Shown in pieces: positions 9,271 through 18,409 of a stretch of 47,823 nt of DNA (position 1 is its first letter; each line of letters begins with the position of its first letter). The notes beneath the pieces were generated by a model. The model made no database searches, had not been told where the DNA came from, and worked only from the letters and a program-made list of their open reading frames with translations. This stretch comes from Parcubacteria group bacterium Licking1014_17 (GTDB lineage Bacteria; Patescibacteriota; Minisyncoccia; 2-02-FULL-40-12; IGHO2-01-FULL-4-A), in assembly GCA_007376485.1 (NCBI GenBank), contig VMGJ01000004.1, positions 72,717 to 120,539 on the forward strand. The letters are read 5' to 3'. A program made the translations under genes and the position numbers.

Positions 9271-9485
9271 ACAGAGTTGGCAACCTCTTATTCTCGTGGT
9301 ACCGTCATTGTTCTTCCCACGCAAAAGGAGTTTACAATCCGAAGACCTTCTTCCTCCACGCGGCGTCGCTCGATCAGGCTTTCGCCCATTGTCGAATATT
9401 CTCGGCTACTGCCACCCGTAGGTGTATGGACCGTGTCTAAGTTCCATCGTTGGGGAACACGCTCTCACGCCCCCTACCCGTCGTA

Positions 9486-9520
<35 letters not shown>

Positions 9521-9698
9521 AGGACCTAGGCCGCTCCTGAAGCGTCTTGCGACTTTACTCTTGCGAGACCATCGGGGATTAGTTCGCCTTTCGGCGAATT
9601 ATACCCGTCTTCAGGGCACGTACCAGGGTGTTACTAACTCGTTTGCCGCTATACAAAATCCTTGCAGACTCTGTATCGCACGACTTGTATGCCTTATC

Positions 9699-9738
<40 letters not shown>

Positions 9739-9789
9739 TTAAAGAATAGTTCCAACATCCGGCGTTAAACCGGAGCGTCGGAGCTATAG

Positions 9790-9853
9790 ATCCCGAACGA
9801 AGTAAGAAACCTATGGTTTCTGCCGAAATGAAATTTCGGACTTCGTACGGGAT
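9790..9853. repeat. 64-bp three-way-junction repeat, copy 1 (16S leader)
   Basis: ATCCCG..CGGGAT ends with two internal hairpins; 54/64 identical to 39268-39331 by manual alignment. Confidence 0.8.
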
Positions 9854-9996
9854 AGATCTGGTTCACGGTAGGAAATTGCATCATCCCTACCGCTAATTTT
9901 TAATGTCCTATCAATTAAATATTCGGGACTGTTCCCGGAACTTCGTCTCCCAGAAACACTCCCGAATGTTTAAACGCTCTTGTAAATTGTGGATAT

Positions 9997-10044
9997 ATTT
10001 TACATGGCTATGACGAGTTTAGCAAAGGGGTTATGCACTGTCAA
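9997..10044 (-). promoter_or_regulatory. Overlapping tandem sigma70 promoters for the 16S gene
   Basis: TTGACA-17-TAAACT (10044-10016) and TTGCTA-17-TAAAAT (10025-9997). Confidence 0.65.
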
Positions 10045-10062
10045 TACTACCCCCGGCTTTTA

Positions 10063-10890
10063 TTAATATCTATGTTTTTTGTGTAAGATCTCGCTGAAAA
10101 TACTGCCGCCGATATTCTCTATCACCCGCACCTTCTCTTTTTTCTGATGGTTTTCCACTCTCGCTTCCTCTGTAATGTCTCTTTTTTGCGCTTCATAGTC
10201 GCGGAATATGCCCTCAAGTTCCGGCTTTGCCAAAAGCATATTCATCAATTTTGCTATTTCCCTGTCATATTTGCTTTCCGTATTGGTAATCTGCGCCTGT
10301 GTTCTTACTCTTATGTTTTCTGTCATATTTTTCCTGTTTTTCTTGGGAGCGTTTTTTTGTATTTCTTCTTCGTTTTTGTCGGCTTTATCCACCAACTCGT
10401 CTATTTTTTGGTCTTTTTCGGCTCTTAAAGCTCGTATATCGTAAACAGCATCCGCGATTTCTCCGGGATTGTTTTCGGCAATAATATTAAACGTTTCGTC
10501 TTCAAGTATCGCGAGTTTCAAAGAAATCTCATTCTCGGTTTTTTTATCTAAATTTTGCTCGTATTTTATCGTAGCTGTATTTATTCCTGTCCTGACGCCC
10601 TTTCTAATAGCCTGATTTTTAGAATAATAGTAAGGGTATCCGCCGGCGTGGGCTTTTTCTATTGAGCCCAAAACCAGTGTCATGGCTATGACCGTAATCG
10701 CAAGTTTTGCTTTAAATCCTTCGAATGCACGACTTCCCGGACTTTTCTCGGATAAAAATTTCCCAGCATCTCTTTCGACGCATTCTTCGCCCATTTTTTT
10801 AATACCCTCCGCTCCTTCGTCTAATTTTTCCAGCTCTTCTTTGTTCGGTGGTTCTGGGTTTCTTCCAAGTTGTTCTATGAAACGTTCCAT
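10063..10890 (-). CDS. Hypothetical protein with one hydrophobic segment and a coiled-coil-like C-terminus
   Basis: 275-aa ORF in the trmD operon; LAITVIAMTLVLG..AHA segment. Confidence 0.7.
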   Translation of the reverse strand: MERFIEQLGRNPEPPNKEELEKLDEGAEGIKKMGEECVERDAGKFLSEKSPGSRAFEGFKAKLAITVIAMTLVLGSIEKAHAGGYPYYYSKNQAIRKGVRTGINTATIKYEQNLDKKTENEISLKLAILEDETFNIIAENNPGEIADAVYDIRALRAEKDQKIDELVDKADKNEEEIQKNAPKKNRKNMTENIRVRTQAQITNTESKYDREIAKLMNMLLAKPELEGIFRDYEAQKRDITEEARVENHQKKEKVRVIENIGGSIFSEILHKKHRY

Positions 10891-10895
10891 TGTGG

Positions 10896-11198
10896 TTATT
10901 TAATCAAAAAATTCTCTTCTCTTAACACTTTATCCAGAAGATTGGTATCGTTTTCCAAAAAAGCTTTTTTCTTGAGGCGGATTATTTCAGTGACATTTTT
11001 CAGCTTTTCGGGGATTTCGTTTATGTATTCCGCGACTGCCTCAACCGCTCCCTTCGGCGCCTTTAACATAATAGTTTCCCACATTGCCCTATCCTCCGGA
11101 CTCAATTCCGAATGTTCAATAAAATTCTGGAAATTCCGCATACCCTGATTATATATCAAATCTTTCTGGCTCGCCAAGTCGAGTGGCGCTTCCGCCAT
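10896..11198 (-). CDS. Hypothetical protein
   Basis: ORF packed between trmD and the next gene; start uncertain because it overlaps the trmD end. Confidence 0.6.
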   Translation of the reverse strand: MAEAPLDLASQKDLIYNQGMRNFQNFIEHSELSPEDRAMWETIMLKAPKGAVEAVAEYINEIPEKLKNVTEIIRLKKKAFLENDTNLLDKVLREENFLIK

Positions 11199-11866
11199 TC
11201 TTCTATTTTTTTGTGGTCGCCGGATAAAAGCACTTTAGGTACCTGTCTTTTTTTGCCGTTAATTTCTATAATATCGGGTCGCGTATAATGAGGGTACTCA
11301 ATAAACTCAAACTGTTGTTTACCGGCGATGGTGTTTTTCACGGCGCTGTTGAAGGTCTCGTCTTTTAGCGATTCCAGTTTGCCGACGGCTCCCGGCAGTA
11401 ATCTCGTGACCGCTTCAATGACAACCATTGCCGGAACCTCTCCGCCGAAAAGCACGTAATCCCCGATTGAAATTTCTTCGTCGGCGATATATTCAGCCAC
11501 TCTTTCGTCGATGCCTTCGTATCTGCCGGATATTAAAATCAGCTGGTCCAGTTTCGCGTACCGCCTCGCCGTCGCTTGCGTGAATTTTTTGCCTTTCGGC
11601 GAAAAAATCACAACCCTGGATTTGCTCCCCGCCCCTTTTTTCTTTATATCTTTAACGGCTTTCATTATCGGTTCAACCATCATAACCATGCCGGCGCCTC
11701 CGCCGTAAGGCCTATCATCAACGGTTTTATGCGCGTCCGCCGTCCAATCCCGGAGACTGTGGAGGTTTATAGAGACGATTTTTTTCTTTTGGGCGCGAGC
11801 AATAAGGGCTTGTTCGGCGAAGCCGTTAAAAATGTCCGGGAAAATTGTGATAATATCGAACCTCAT
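11156..11866 (-). CDS. trmD: tRNA (guanine37-N1)-methyltransferase
   Basis: VDDRPYGGGAGMVM, GRYEGIDERV, SIGDYVL.GGE and EYPHYTRP motifs; start MRFDIIT at 11866. Confidence 0.97.
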   Translation of the reverse strand: MRFDIITIFPDIFNGFAEQALIARAQKKKIVSINLHSLRDWTADAHKTVDDRPYGGGAGMVMMVEPIMKAVKDIKKKGAGSKSRVVIFSPKGKKFTQATARRYAKLDQLILISGRYEGIDERVAEYIADEEISIGDYVLFGGEVPAMVVIEAVTRLLPGAVGKLESLKDETFNSAVKNTIAGKQQFEFIEYPHYTRPDIIEINGKKRQVPKVLLSGDHKKIEEWRKRHSTWRARKI

Positions 11867-11920
11867 CCTATTAACGAAAATACTCCCGAAGGAGTATTTT
11901 CGCAAATGTCTTTTTAATGA

Positions 11921-12241
11921 TTACATCCCGATTTCTCCGACGACGTCCTCAATGTTTTTGGACTTCTCTCCGCCTCCCTGGTGCGTGCTTCCTTCGGGTT
12001 CAATTATTCTTAGGTTTACCCGGGCATTGTTACGGATGCCGATTATGCGGGCAAGAACCCTGATTGCCTTAGCCGTTGAGCCGGAGCGGCCTATCAGAAG
12101 ACCCATATCGTCCGGACTTACTTTGACTTCCAAGAGGACTCCCATTTCATCTGTTTTTCTGCTGACTTGGACTTCATCCGGTTTATTCACTATCTGCTTA
12201 ATAATGTATTCCACGAAACTTTGGTCAAGTGGTTTATCCAT
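11921..12241 (-). CDS. khpA: KH-domain RNA-binding protein KhpA
   Basis: DMG.LIGRSG.TA.AIR motif; rpsP-KH-trmD gene order. Confidence 0.9.
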   Translation of the reverse strand: MDKPLDQSFVEYIIKQIVNKPDEVQVSRKTDEMGVLLEVKVSPDDMGLLIGRSGSTAKAIRVLARIIGIRNNARVNLRIIEPEGSTHQGGGEKSKNIEDVVGEIGM

Positions 12242-12399
12242 TTGATTGGCGATGAAAGCATTTTCCTTCTTACCGAATTTGTCAGACGGAACCTACTTTT
12301 CTCGCGTTGGCTAAAATAAAAACGTGTTTTTAATCGGCGCGCAACGTAACAATTGCCCGCCTCACGACCATTCACTATGTTATGTAAAAGCAGCAATCC

Positions 12400-12789
12400 T
12401 TACTGCGCGGCAGCCGGTTCGCTTTCGGTTTTTGGCTCCGCTTCTTTCGGCGCTTCTTCCTTGGGGGCTTCCTCTATTTTCTTTTCTTCGGGTTTCTTTT
12501 CCTCCGTTTTTTCCTGCTCTCTTTTCTTGGGTTTCCAGACGCGCAGTTTTTCGCCCTTTATTATGCCTTCATTAATGAAAAGATTGTGGATGGTTCCCGT
12601 GGGTTGGGCGCCATTGGAGAGCCAGTAGGCGGCGCGTTCTTTATCCACGCTCATTTTGTTGGCATGGGGGTCGTATGACCCGAGCGATTCCAAATAAGCC
12701 CCGCCCGTGCGCTTGGTGTGCTCAAGAACCACGACCTTGAAAAATGCCTGTTTCTTTTTACCCGTTCTTTGTAAGCGAATTTTAAGCAT
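12400..12789 (-). CDS. rpsP: 30S ribosomal protein S16 with a K/E/A/P-rich tail
   Basis: MLKIRLQR.GKK, E.LGSYDP and YWLS.GAQPT motifs. Confidence 0.96.
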   Translation of the reverse strand: MLKIRLQRTGKKKQAFFKVVVLEHTKRTGGAYLESLGSYDPHANKMSVDKERAAYWLSNGAQPTGTIHNLFINEGIIKGEKLRVWKPKKREQEKTEEKKPEEKKIEEAPKEEAPKEAEPKTESEPAAAQ

Positions 12790-12920
12790 TTTATTTATCC
12801 CGAACGAAATAGCCCGCTTGCCTTTATGTCCGGCAGGACGGGCGCGATTTCGCATGGGATAAAGTTAGCATCAAAAGCGTTTTTTGGCAATATCTCGCGC
12901 CAGCTCTTTTTCAAGACCAT

Positions 12921-13092
12921 TCCGTCCAGCCGGAACGTCTTTTCGTCACGTTCAAGATTCTCCAGCGGAATCTCTCACTCGCTAGAGGCTGTGGATTCGG
13001 CAATAGTTGGCTATACGCCAGATATTATACTATTGCCGACCAATCAATCCACAGCCTCTAAGCGGCCTCAAAGACATTCCGGCCTGGACGGA
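12921..13092 (-). repeat. Long palindromic element B (tandem-G.A hairpin family) at the defence-island edge
   Basis: TCCGTCCAG(G)CCGGAATGTCTTT-GA-G / C-GA-AAAGACGTTCCGGCTGGACGGA; inner stems TAGAGGCTGTGGATT/AATCCACAGCCTCTA and TCGGCAATAGT/ACTATTGCCGA. Confidence 0.8.
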
Positions 13093-13158
13093 CCTATACT
13101 TATTGATATGAAAAAAGTCGGCTCGCTTTTGGCCGTATCTGCCATGTATTACGGGCTA

Positions 13159-13536
13159 CTACAGATTTACTTCTTTTATTTCAAGCTGGGATTTTCCTTC
13201 TTTTTTGGGCTGCTGAAAGTTTATGAGAAGACCGTGTTTGATTTTAAGGATTTTCATGTAGCCTTTGATCTGAACTTCTTCCGACGGACCCATGGCTCCG
13301 CCAACGGCTTTTAACTCAAGGATAAACTTGTTTTTTCCGGAGCCGACGATAATGTCCGGATATCCCTCACCGACATAATGGTCTTTATATTTGAGCTCCA
13401 CCACCTTCTGGCTTTCGTATTTAATCTTAGCCAAACGAAGTCCCACCTGCATTGCTTTATCGTAAACATCCTCCGAAAACCCCGAACCCAGTGATTTATA
13501 AACATCCTTTACGATTTTAATGATTATTCTGTTCAT
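13159..13536 (-). CDS. GxxExxY family PD-(D/E)xK nuclease-like protein
   Basis: LG.GFSEDVY, D.IV, ILELKA, Q...Y and GLLINF motifs. Confidence 0.9.
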   Translation of the reverse strand: MNRIIIKIVKDVYKSLGSGFSEDVYDKAMQVGLRLAKIKYESQKVVELKYKDHYVGEGYPDIIVGSGKNKFILELKAVGGAMGPSEEVQIKGYMKILKIKHGLLINFQQPKKEGKSQLEIKEVNL

Positions 13537-13569
13537 AATTTGTTTATTATTTTTTAAGATATTTCATTA

Positions 13570-14586
13570 TTACTTACTTAGTTTTCGCAATAATGAAACA
13601 AATTTCTCAACTTGCTCCCCGTTTTTAAAGTAGCCACCATAATAATTATCATCCCATCCATATCCTTTTTCGGTTGTGCACGGTGGTAAATAATTTTTTA
13701 TATCCTGTGCTTTAGTTTTGAAATATTGTTGAAAATGAGGTAATCGAATTTCAATAAATAGCCCCTTATTTTGATTGCTGTATTCCGGGAGTATGCTGAT
13801 AATTGACCTCCTGCTTTTTTCTTTGCCGGCTATGCCTATAAATACGATACTACTTCTTGTGGTAGCAATGTATTCAATATATTTTTTTATTTCATTAACC
13901 GACTTATTATACAAATCGCCAACTCCATTTTTTATTGCGATATTTTCAAGCTCCTCCACCGTTAATGGCGGCTTTCGTTTTGAAGTAGATTTAGATTGTG
14001 TGCGGTAGTCGGCCTCGCTCGGTTCTATCAAAAATACTCTCGCCATAAATTCCTTGCCGCCATGTTTAAAATATTGAAAGGTCGCTATATTGATACTCAC
14101 CCCGTAAGTTTTTGATAGATACTCGATAATCCTTTCAGAACTATTATCGATTTCTGATCCAACAATAAGCATTTTATGGTGCTCGTTAAGGGTTTCTGGC
14201 AGCTCGGTGCCAAATTTTTCCATGAATGCATCTTCGAGTGTCCTTTTGGTGCCAAAATAATTTTTCGCGATGTTACTGATCTTTTCATTCGTTAAGCCTT
14301 CAACCCATGATGCGTAATCCAGCACTTGAGCAACTATATCTCGCGGTGTTTTGTCACGTTTTAGTTCAATTATTATGAGATCGCCATTATAGTCCAGACA
14401 CAATAAATCAATTACCCCATCAAAATCCGTCTCAATTTGGCGTCCTATCACCAAAAAATCATTAGATATGGTTGAAATATCGTTTTCAGCCCATGTTTCC
14501 AGCCTCTCTTCAAGATTAAGTTTATCCTTTTTTACCTCGTGTAATTTTTCTTCTATCACTTCCCAAATTTTTATATCTTGTGCCAT
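13570..14586 (-). CDS. NucS/DUF91-like PD-(D/E)xK endonuclease domain protein with an unknown C-terminal domain
   Basis: E..LE.W, IGRQ, IDLL.LD..G.L.IIELKR and Q.LDYA motifs; start MAQDIK at 14586. Confidence 0.8.
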   Translation of the reverse strand: MAQDIKIWEVIEEKLHEVKKDKLNLEERLETWAENDISTISNDFLVIGRQIETDFDGVIDLLCLDYNGDLIIIELKRDKTPRDIVAQVLDYASWVEGLTNEKISNIAKNYFGTKRTLEDAFMEKFGTELPETLNEHHKMLIVGSEIDNSSERIIEYLSKTYGVSINIATFQYFKHGGKEFMARVFLIEPSEADYRTQSKSTSKRKPPLTVEELENIAIKNGVGDLYNKSVNEIKKYIEYIATTRSSIVFIGIAGKEKSRRSIISILPEYSNQNKGLFIEIRLPHFQQYFKTKAQDIKNYLPPCTTEKGYGWDDNYYGGYFKNGEQVEKFVSLLRKLSK

Positions 14587-14692
14587 ATTATTATTTATAA
14601 GTTTATATTTAAATTTTTTACGATTTTGATTTTTGCCGATGGGATTTTGCAAAAAATATCTGATGCCTTTTTTTATCTCTCGTTATTTATTT

Positions 14693-15115
14693 TTATATCT
14701 CACTTATTAATTTTACTAAGTGTTCGGGATCCCAACTCCAAAAAGTAATTTCATTCTCCCTAATGAATTTAGGTAATGTTGTTCTTTCTACGCCCTTTAT
14801 AGCCATAGTTATAATTGTTTTTTTCTCCTCGCCACTTGTCTCTAGTTCCCAATCAACCCATCTACTTTTGTGTGTGGTTTCGCCGATTAAACAAATGGTT
14901 ACACTTGCCCTCTTGATTTGTTCTCGGATAACTCTCTTTATATAGTTTGCATTGAGACTATCAATTGGTTCTTTAATTGACTCATCATAAAATTCAAGCT
15001 CAAAATTGGGATTATCTTTTAATAAACGCAGCCCCCTCACATGGTCTAGATCCTCAGACGCAAAGCTTAAAAACACTCGTTTCTTTTCTTTTGAATTGTG
15101 ATTATTGTGATACAT
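14693..15115 (-). CDS. TIR-domain protein (MTH538/DUF1863, ThsB-like)
   Basis: RVFLSF, IK..I...I..ASVTICLIG.TT..S.WVDWE with the catalytic Glu. Confidence 0.88.
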   Translation of the reverse strand: MYHNNHNSKEKKRVFLSFASEDLDHVRGLRLLKDNPNFELEFYDESIKEPIDSLNANYIKRVIREQIKRASVTICLIGETTHKSRWVDWELETSGEEKKTIITMAIKGVERTTLPKFIRENEITFWSWDPEHLVKLISEI

Positions 15116-15124
15116 AAAATTATT

Positions 15125-17455
15125 TCATTTAAACGATTCTACTTTAGCATATAAGCTTTTCTGAAACGCGAAGAAAACAGAGCGTATATCCTCTACCCCA
15201 CCCAATGCCTCTTCCGCATCAGCAATAGCGTGGTACTTCAGATTTAAAAGGATTGGCAATTTTTCCTCATCAAGTTCTTCCACGCCTCTGTCTTCATATT
15301 TTGCCAGCACGAATTCCAAAAATTCTTTTTGCCGCGCGTCTAACCCTTCAAAAATCTTTGCTCTCGCTTGTTCTACTCTTTGCTTCCTTGTAATCGGTTG
15401 AGTTACGAAAGAAATATACGCCAAAACATCAAACAGATCACTTTGCTCCGCGTTTATCATTTTTTGCAGTGTTTCTAACTCATCCTTGCCATAGCCAAGC
15501 GTACTGATTTTTTCCAAAAAAGTTTTCCGTGTTATGGGATTAGACCAGATTTTGCGAAGCTCTTCTTCGCTCTTGAAAAACTCAGGCAATGCTCCAAACA
15601 TATTATCCATAAATTCTTTTACAGAAATCGGCTTACCGTCCGCGCTCCAAAACGAGGTGGTAATCATATGCTGAATCTCTCGCTCCTTGCCGTCACGTAG
15701 CTTGATTAATAATGTTTTCATAGGTTCTTCTGGCGGTTCGGGTGGGAGTGGTAACTCTTTCGGTTCTTCGAGTTCTTTTGATTTGCGTGGTTCTTTCTCT
15801 GTAGTTTGATCTATCGGCTCGCCATCCCATTCAGGATCAGAAAAATGATGATAAGCATTTACAAAATCAAGGATCGTAAAGTATTCTTTGCCATCAAAAA
15901 GACGGGTGCCACGTCCAATAATCTGCTTAAACTCGATCATAGAATTAACTGGCCGCATCAAAACGATGTTCCGGATGTTGCGCGCGTCCACGCCTGTCGA
16001 AAGCTTTTGCGAAGTGGTCAAAATTGTAGGGATTGTTTTCTCGTTGTCCTGAAACTCACGCAAATATTGCTCACCACGGGTGCCGTCATTGGCAGTTACA
16101 CGTACGCAATAATTCGGTGCTTTGCTTATCTTGAATTGATTTATTAAATCCCGAACGGCAAGGGCGTGATCTTGTGTGGCACAGAACACGATCGTTTTTT
16201 CATTCTGGTTTATTTCGCTTAACATTATCTTTACCCGTTTTGCTTCCCGTGCCTTAATCTTAATGATTCTATTAAAATCTTCTTCCTGGTAAATTTTACC
16301 TTCTTCAACCTCGCCCTCAATAATCTGGTCATCGGATGTGTAGACGTACTCATCCAAAGTGGTCTGAATTCGCTTAACTTTAAATGGCGTCAGAAAGCCA
16401 TCATTGACTCCTTCCTTTAGTGAGTAGATATAGACCGGATCGCCAAAATATTTGTAGGTATTAACATTGTCTTTTCTTTTTGGTGTTGCAGTCAAGCCGA
16501 GCTGTACGGCCGGAGAAAAGTATTCCAAAATGCCACGCCAATTGCTTTCATCATTTGCGCCGCCGCGATGACATTCATCTATAATAATAAAGTCAAAAAA
16601 GTCCGGCGGATAATCACCAAAATACGGCGTATCGCCAGGCCCGCTCATAAATGTTTGAAAAATGGTAAAGAAAACGCTTCCGTTCGTGGGTACGCCGCCC
16701 TTCTTTCTTATATCTAATGGATTAATCCTTACCAGCGTATCCTCTGGAAATGCCGTGAAAGTATTATATGCCTGATCAGCGAGGATATTTCTATCGGCAA
16801 GAAAAAGAATTCTCGGCCGTCTCCCGCCGTCACATTGCAAGGTCCACCTTGTTTGATATAGCTTCCATGAAATCTGAAACGCGATCGCTGTTTTTCCAGT
16901 GCCAGTAGCAAGTGTTAGTAAAATTCGTTTTTTATTTTCGGCTATGGCGTTAGTGGCATTATTAATAGCTATCTCTTGGTAGTATCGCTTTCCAAGCTCT
17001 CCTTCTAATGGAATAGAAGCAAATTTTTCTTTCCATTTGTTTTGACCTGCCTCGCCGGCGGGCGGGTCAGAATAAACGGTATTCCACAGCTCTTCCGGTG
17101 TCGGGAATTTCTCTATGTAGCCCTCCTTACCGGTTTTCATTGATATCTGGTAAATCTCTTTGCCGTTAGTCGCATATGTGTGCTCGATCTTCAATTTCTC
17201 GGCGTAGGCTTTGGCTTGTGCGACACCCTCGGTTGCCGACAAGTTTTCTTGTTTGGCTTCAATCACTGCCAATTTCTGATTTTTGAAAACTAAGATATAG
17301 TCGGCAATTTCCGGCTTGGCTCGTATTCCGCCAGTCAAAATGCGCCCTTCGGTAATGCGAAACTCCCGAAGAATTTTTGATCCTTCTACTTCACCCCAGC
17401 CGCTCGCTTTTAACTTTGGATCAATATATTCGGCTCTTGTTTCCGCCTCATTCAT
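15125..17455 (-). CDS. hsdR: Type I restriction enzyme R subunit (EcoEI-like)
   Basis: ADY..VIEAK nuclease motif, ATGTGKT, DECHRG, LTATP and QIIGRGTR; ATG at 17455 overlaps the fic stop (ATGA). Confidence 0.95.
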   Translation of the reverse strand: MNEAETRAEYIDPKLKASGWGEVEGSKILREFRITEGRILTGGIRAKPEIADYILVFKNQKLAVIEAKQENLSATEGVAQAKAYAEKLKIEHTYATNGKEIYQISMKTGKEGYIEKFPTPEELWNTVYSDPPAGEAGQNKWKEKFASIPLEGELGKRYYQEIAINNATNAIAENKKRILLTLATGTGKTAIAFQISWKLYQTRWTLQCDGGRRPRILFLADRNILADQAYNTFTAFPEDTLVRINPLDIRKKGGVPTNGSVFFTIFQTFMSGPGDTPYFGDYPPDFFDFIIIDECHRGGANDESNWRGILEYFSPAVQLGLTATPKRKDNVNTYKYFGDPVYIYSLKEGVNDGFLTPFKVKRIQTTLDEYVYTSDDQIIEGEVEEGKIYQEEDFNRIIKIKAREAKRVKIMLSEINQNEKTIVFCATQDHALAVRDLINQFKISKAPNYCVRVTANDGTRGEQYLREFQDNEKTIPTILTTSQKLSTGVDARNIRNIVLMRPVNSMIEFKQIIGRGTRLFDGKEYFTILDFVNAYHHFSDPEWDGEPIDQTTEKEPRKSKELEEPKELPLPPEPPEEPMKTLLIKLRDGKEREIQHMITTSFWSADGKPISVKEFMDNMFGALPEFFKSEEELRKIWSNPITRKTFLEKISTLGYGKDELETLQKMINAEQSDLFDVLAYISFVTQPITRKQRVEQARAKIFEGLDARQKEFLEFVLAKYEDRGVEELDEEKLPILLNLKYHAIADAEEALGGVEDIRSVFFAFQKSLYAKVESFK
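17046..17066. repeat. 21-bp GC palindrome inserted in frame in hsdR (PPAGEAG)
   Basis: CCTGCCTCGCCGGCGGGCGGG; related to 44283-44303. Confidence 0.7.
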
Positions 17456-18324
17456 ACGCCAATTTTCCAAACATTCTTTTCCAGAAAAGCTTCGATGGTT
17501 TGGCGATTAGCTTTATTGATGAGATTCGAATGGGAGAGTTTCTTGCTCTTTGCGTACTCAGCGAGCGTCATAATTTTCTTGCCTTCTAAATACGCTAATC
17601 GCTTATGGTAGCTATTTGTGAGCGCTTTCCCTACGATTTCTTCCATAAGATCGGCTTTATTTTTTAGATCAAACTCTCTAAATGCTTCGTAGTATCTTTT
17701 TCGATCAATGAATTTGATATTAATGGAAACAAATCCCTCCCGAATCAGCAAATAATTGTTGATGACGCGTCCAATACGACCATTGCCGTCAATGAATGGG
17801 TGGGCATACTCAAACCCAAGATGCAATCGCGCGATACGCTTGATAATATTTTCGTGACTTGTTGCATGATACTCCGCAAGCATCTTTTTAAGACGATCTT
17901 GTGACTCTTGCGGACTTGGGGATATGTGAGTTCCGATACGGACATATTCATCATTCATGCGAAATCTTCCGGCAATGTCATCACGGATATTCGAAATCAG
18001 CATTTTATGAAGTGATAAAATGACTTCAAGAGAAAGCTCTTGCTCTTTAGCTCTCGTATCAATATAACTGACGACACGCGCAAGGTTTTTTGCCTCAAAA
18101 ATTTCACGTTGACTGATATATCTATCCAAGTCAATTTGGAGAAGAATCTTTTCCGTTTCCTCAAGCGTCAGTGTGCTGTTTTCGATAGCGTTGGAGTTGT
18201 AAACCTGCTCGGCAACTTCTGCTTCTGATATAAGCTTAATAAGCGCATCCTTGCCTATGGAAGCCTTATAGTATCTCTCGCGGAGAGAACTTATCTTACT
18301 GTATACATTGAGTGTTTTTGCCAT
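17452..18324 (-). CDS. Fic family protein with an N-terminal inhibitory motif and a C-terminal HTH-like tail
   Basis: HPFIDGNGRIGR catalytic motif; SNAIEN matches (S/T)xxxE(G/N). Confidence 0.92.
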   Translation of the reverse strand: MAKTLNVYSKISSLRERYYKASIGKDALIKLISEAEVAEQVYNSNAIENSTLTLEETEKILLQIDLDRYISQREIFEAKNLARVVSYIDTRAKEQELSLEVILSLHKMLISNIRDDIAGRFRMNDEYVRIGTHISPSPQESQDRLKKMLAEYHATSHENIIKRIARLHLGFEYAHPFIDGNGRIGRVINNYLLIREGFVSINIKFIDRKRYYEAFREFDLKNKADLMEEIVGKALTNSYHKRLAYLEGKKIMTLAEYAKSKKLSHSNLINKANRQTIEAFLEKNVWKIGV

Positions 18325-18332
18325 ATATTGGT

Positions 18333-18361
18333 ATTCTAATCTTTCTTCACTCTTTTGTCAA
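18333..18361 (-). promoter_or_regulatory. Internal sigma70 promoter for fic-hsdR-TIR
   Basis: TTGACA-17-TAGAAT, 8 nt before the fic ATG; inverted repeat CGTGAAA..TTTCACG just upstream (18368-18402). Confidence 0.65.
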
Positions 18362-18409
18362 CATAATCGTGAAAAGTGTAAGCAAATCACCATGCTTTCA
18401 CGGTTATGA

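Noticed and set aside
12826-13314. 162-aa + strand ORF
   Set aside because: It runs through palindromic element B and antisense to the GxxExxY gene, with no recognisable motifs.
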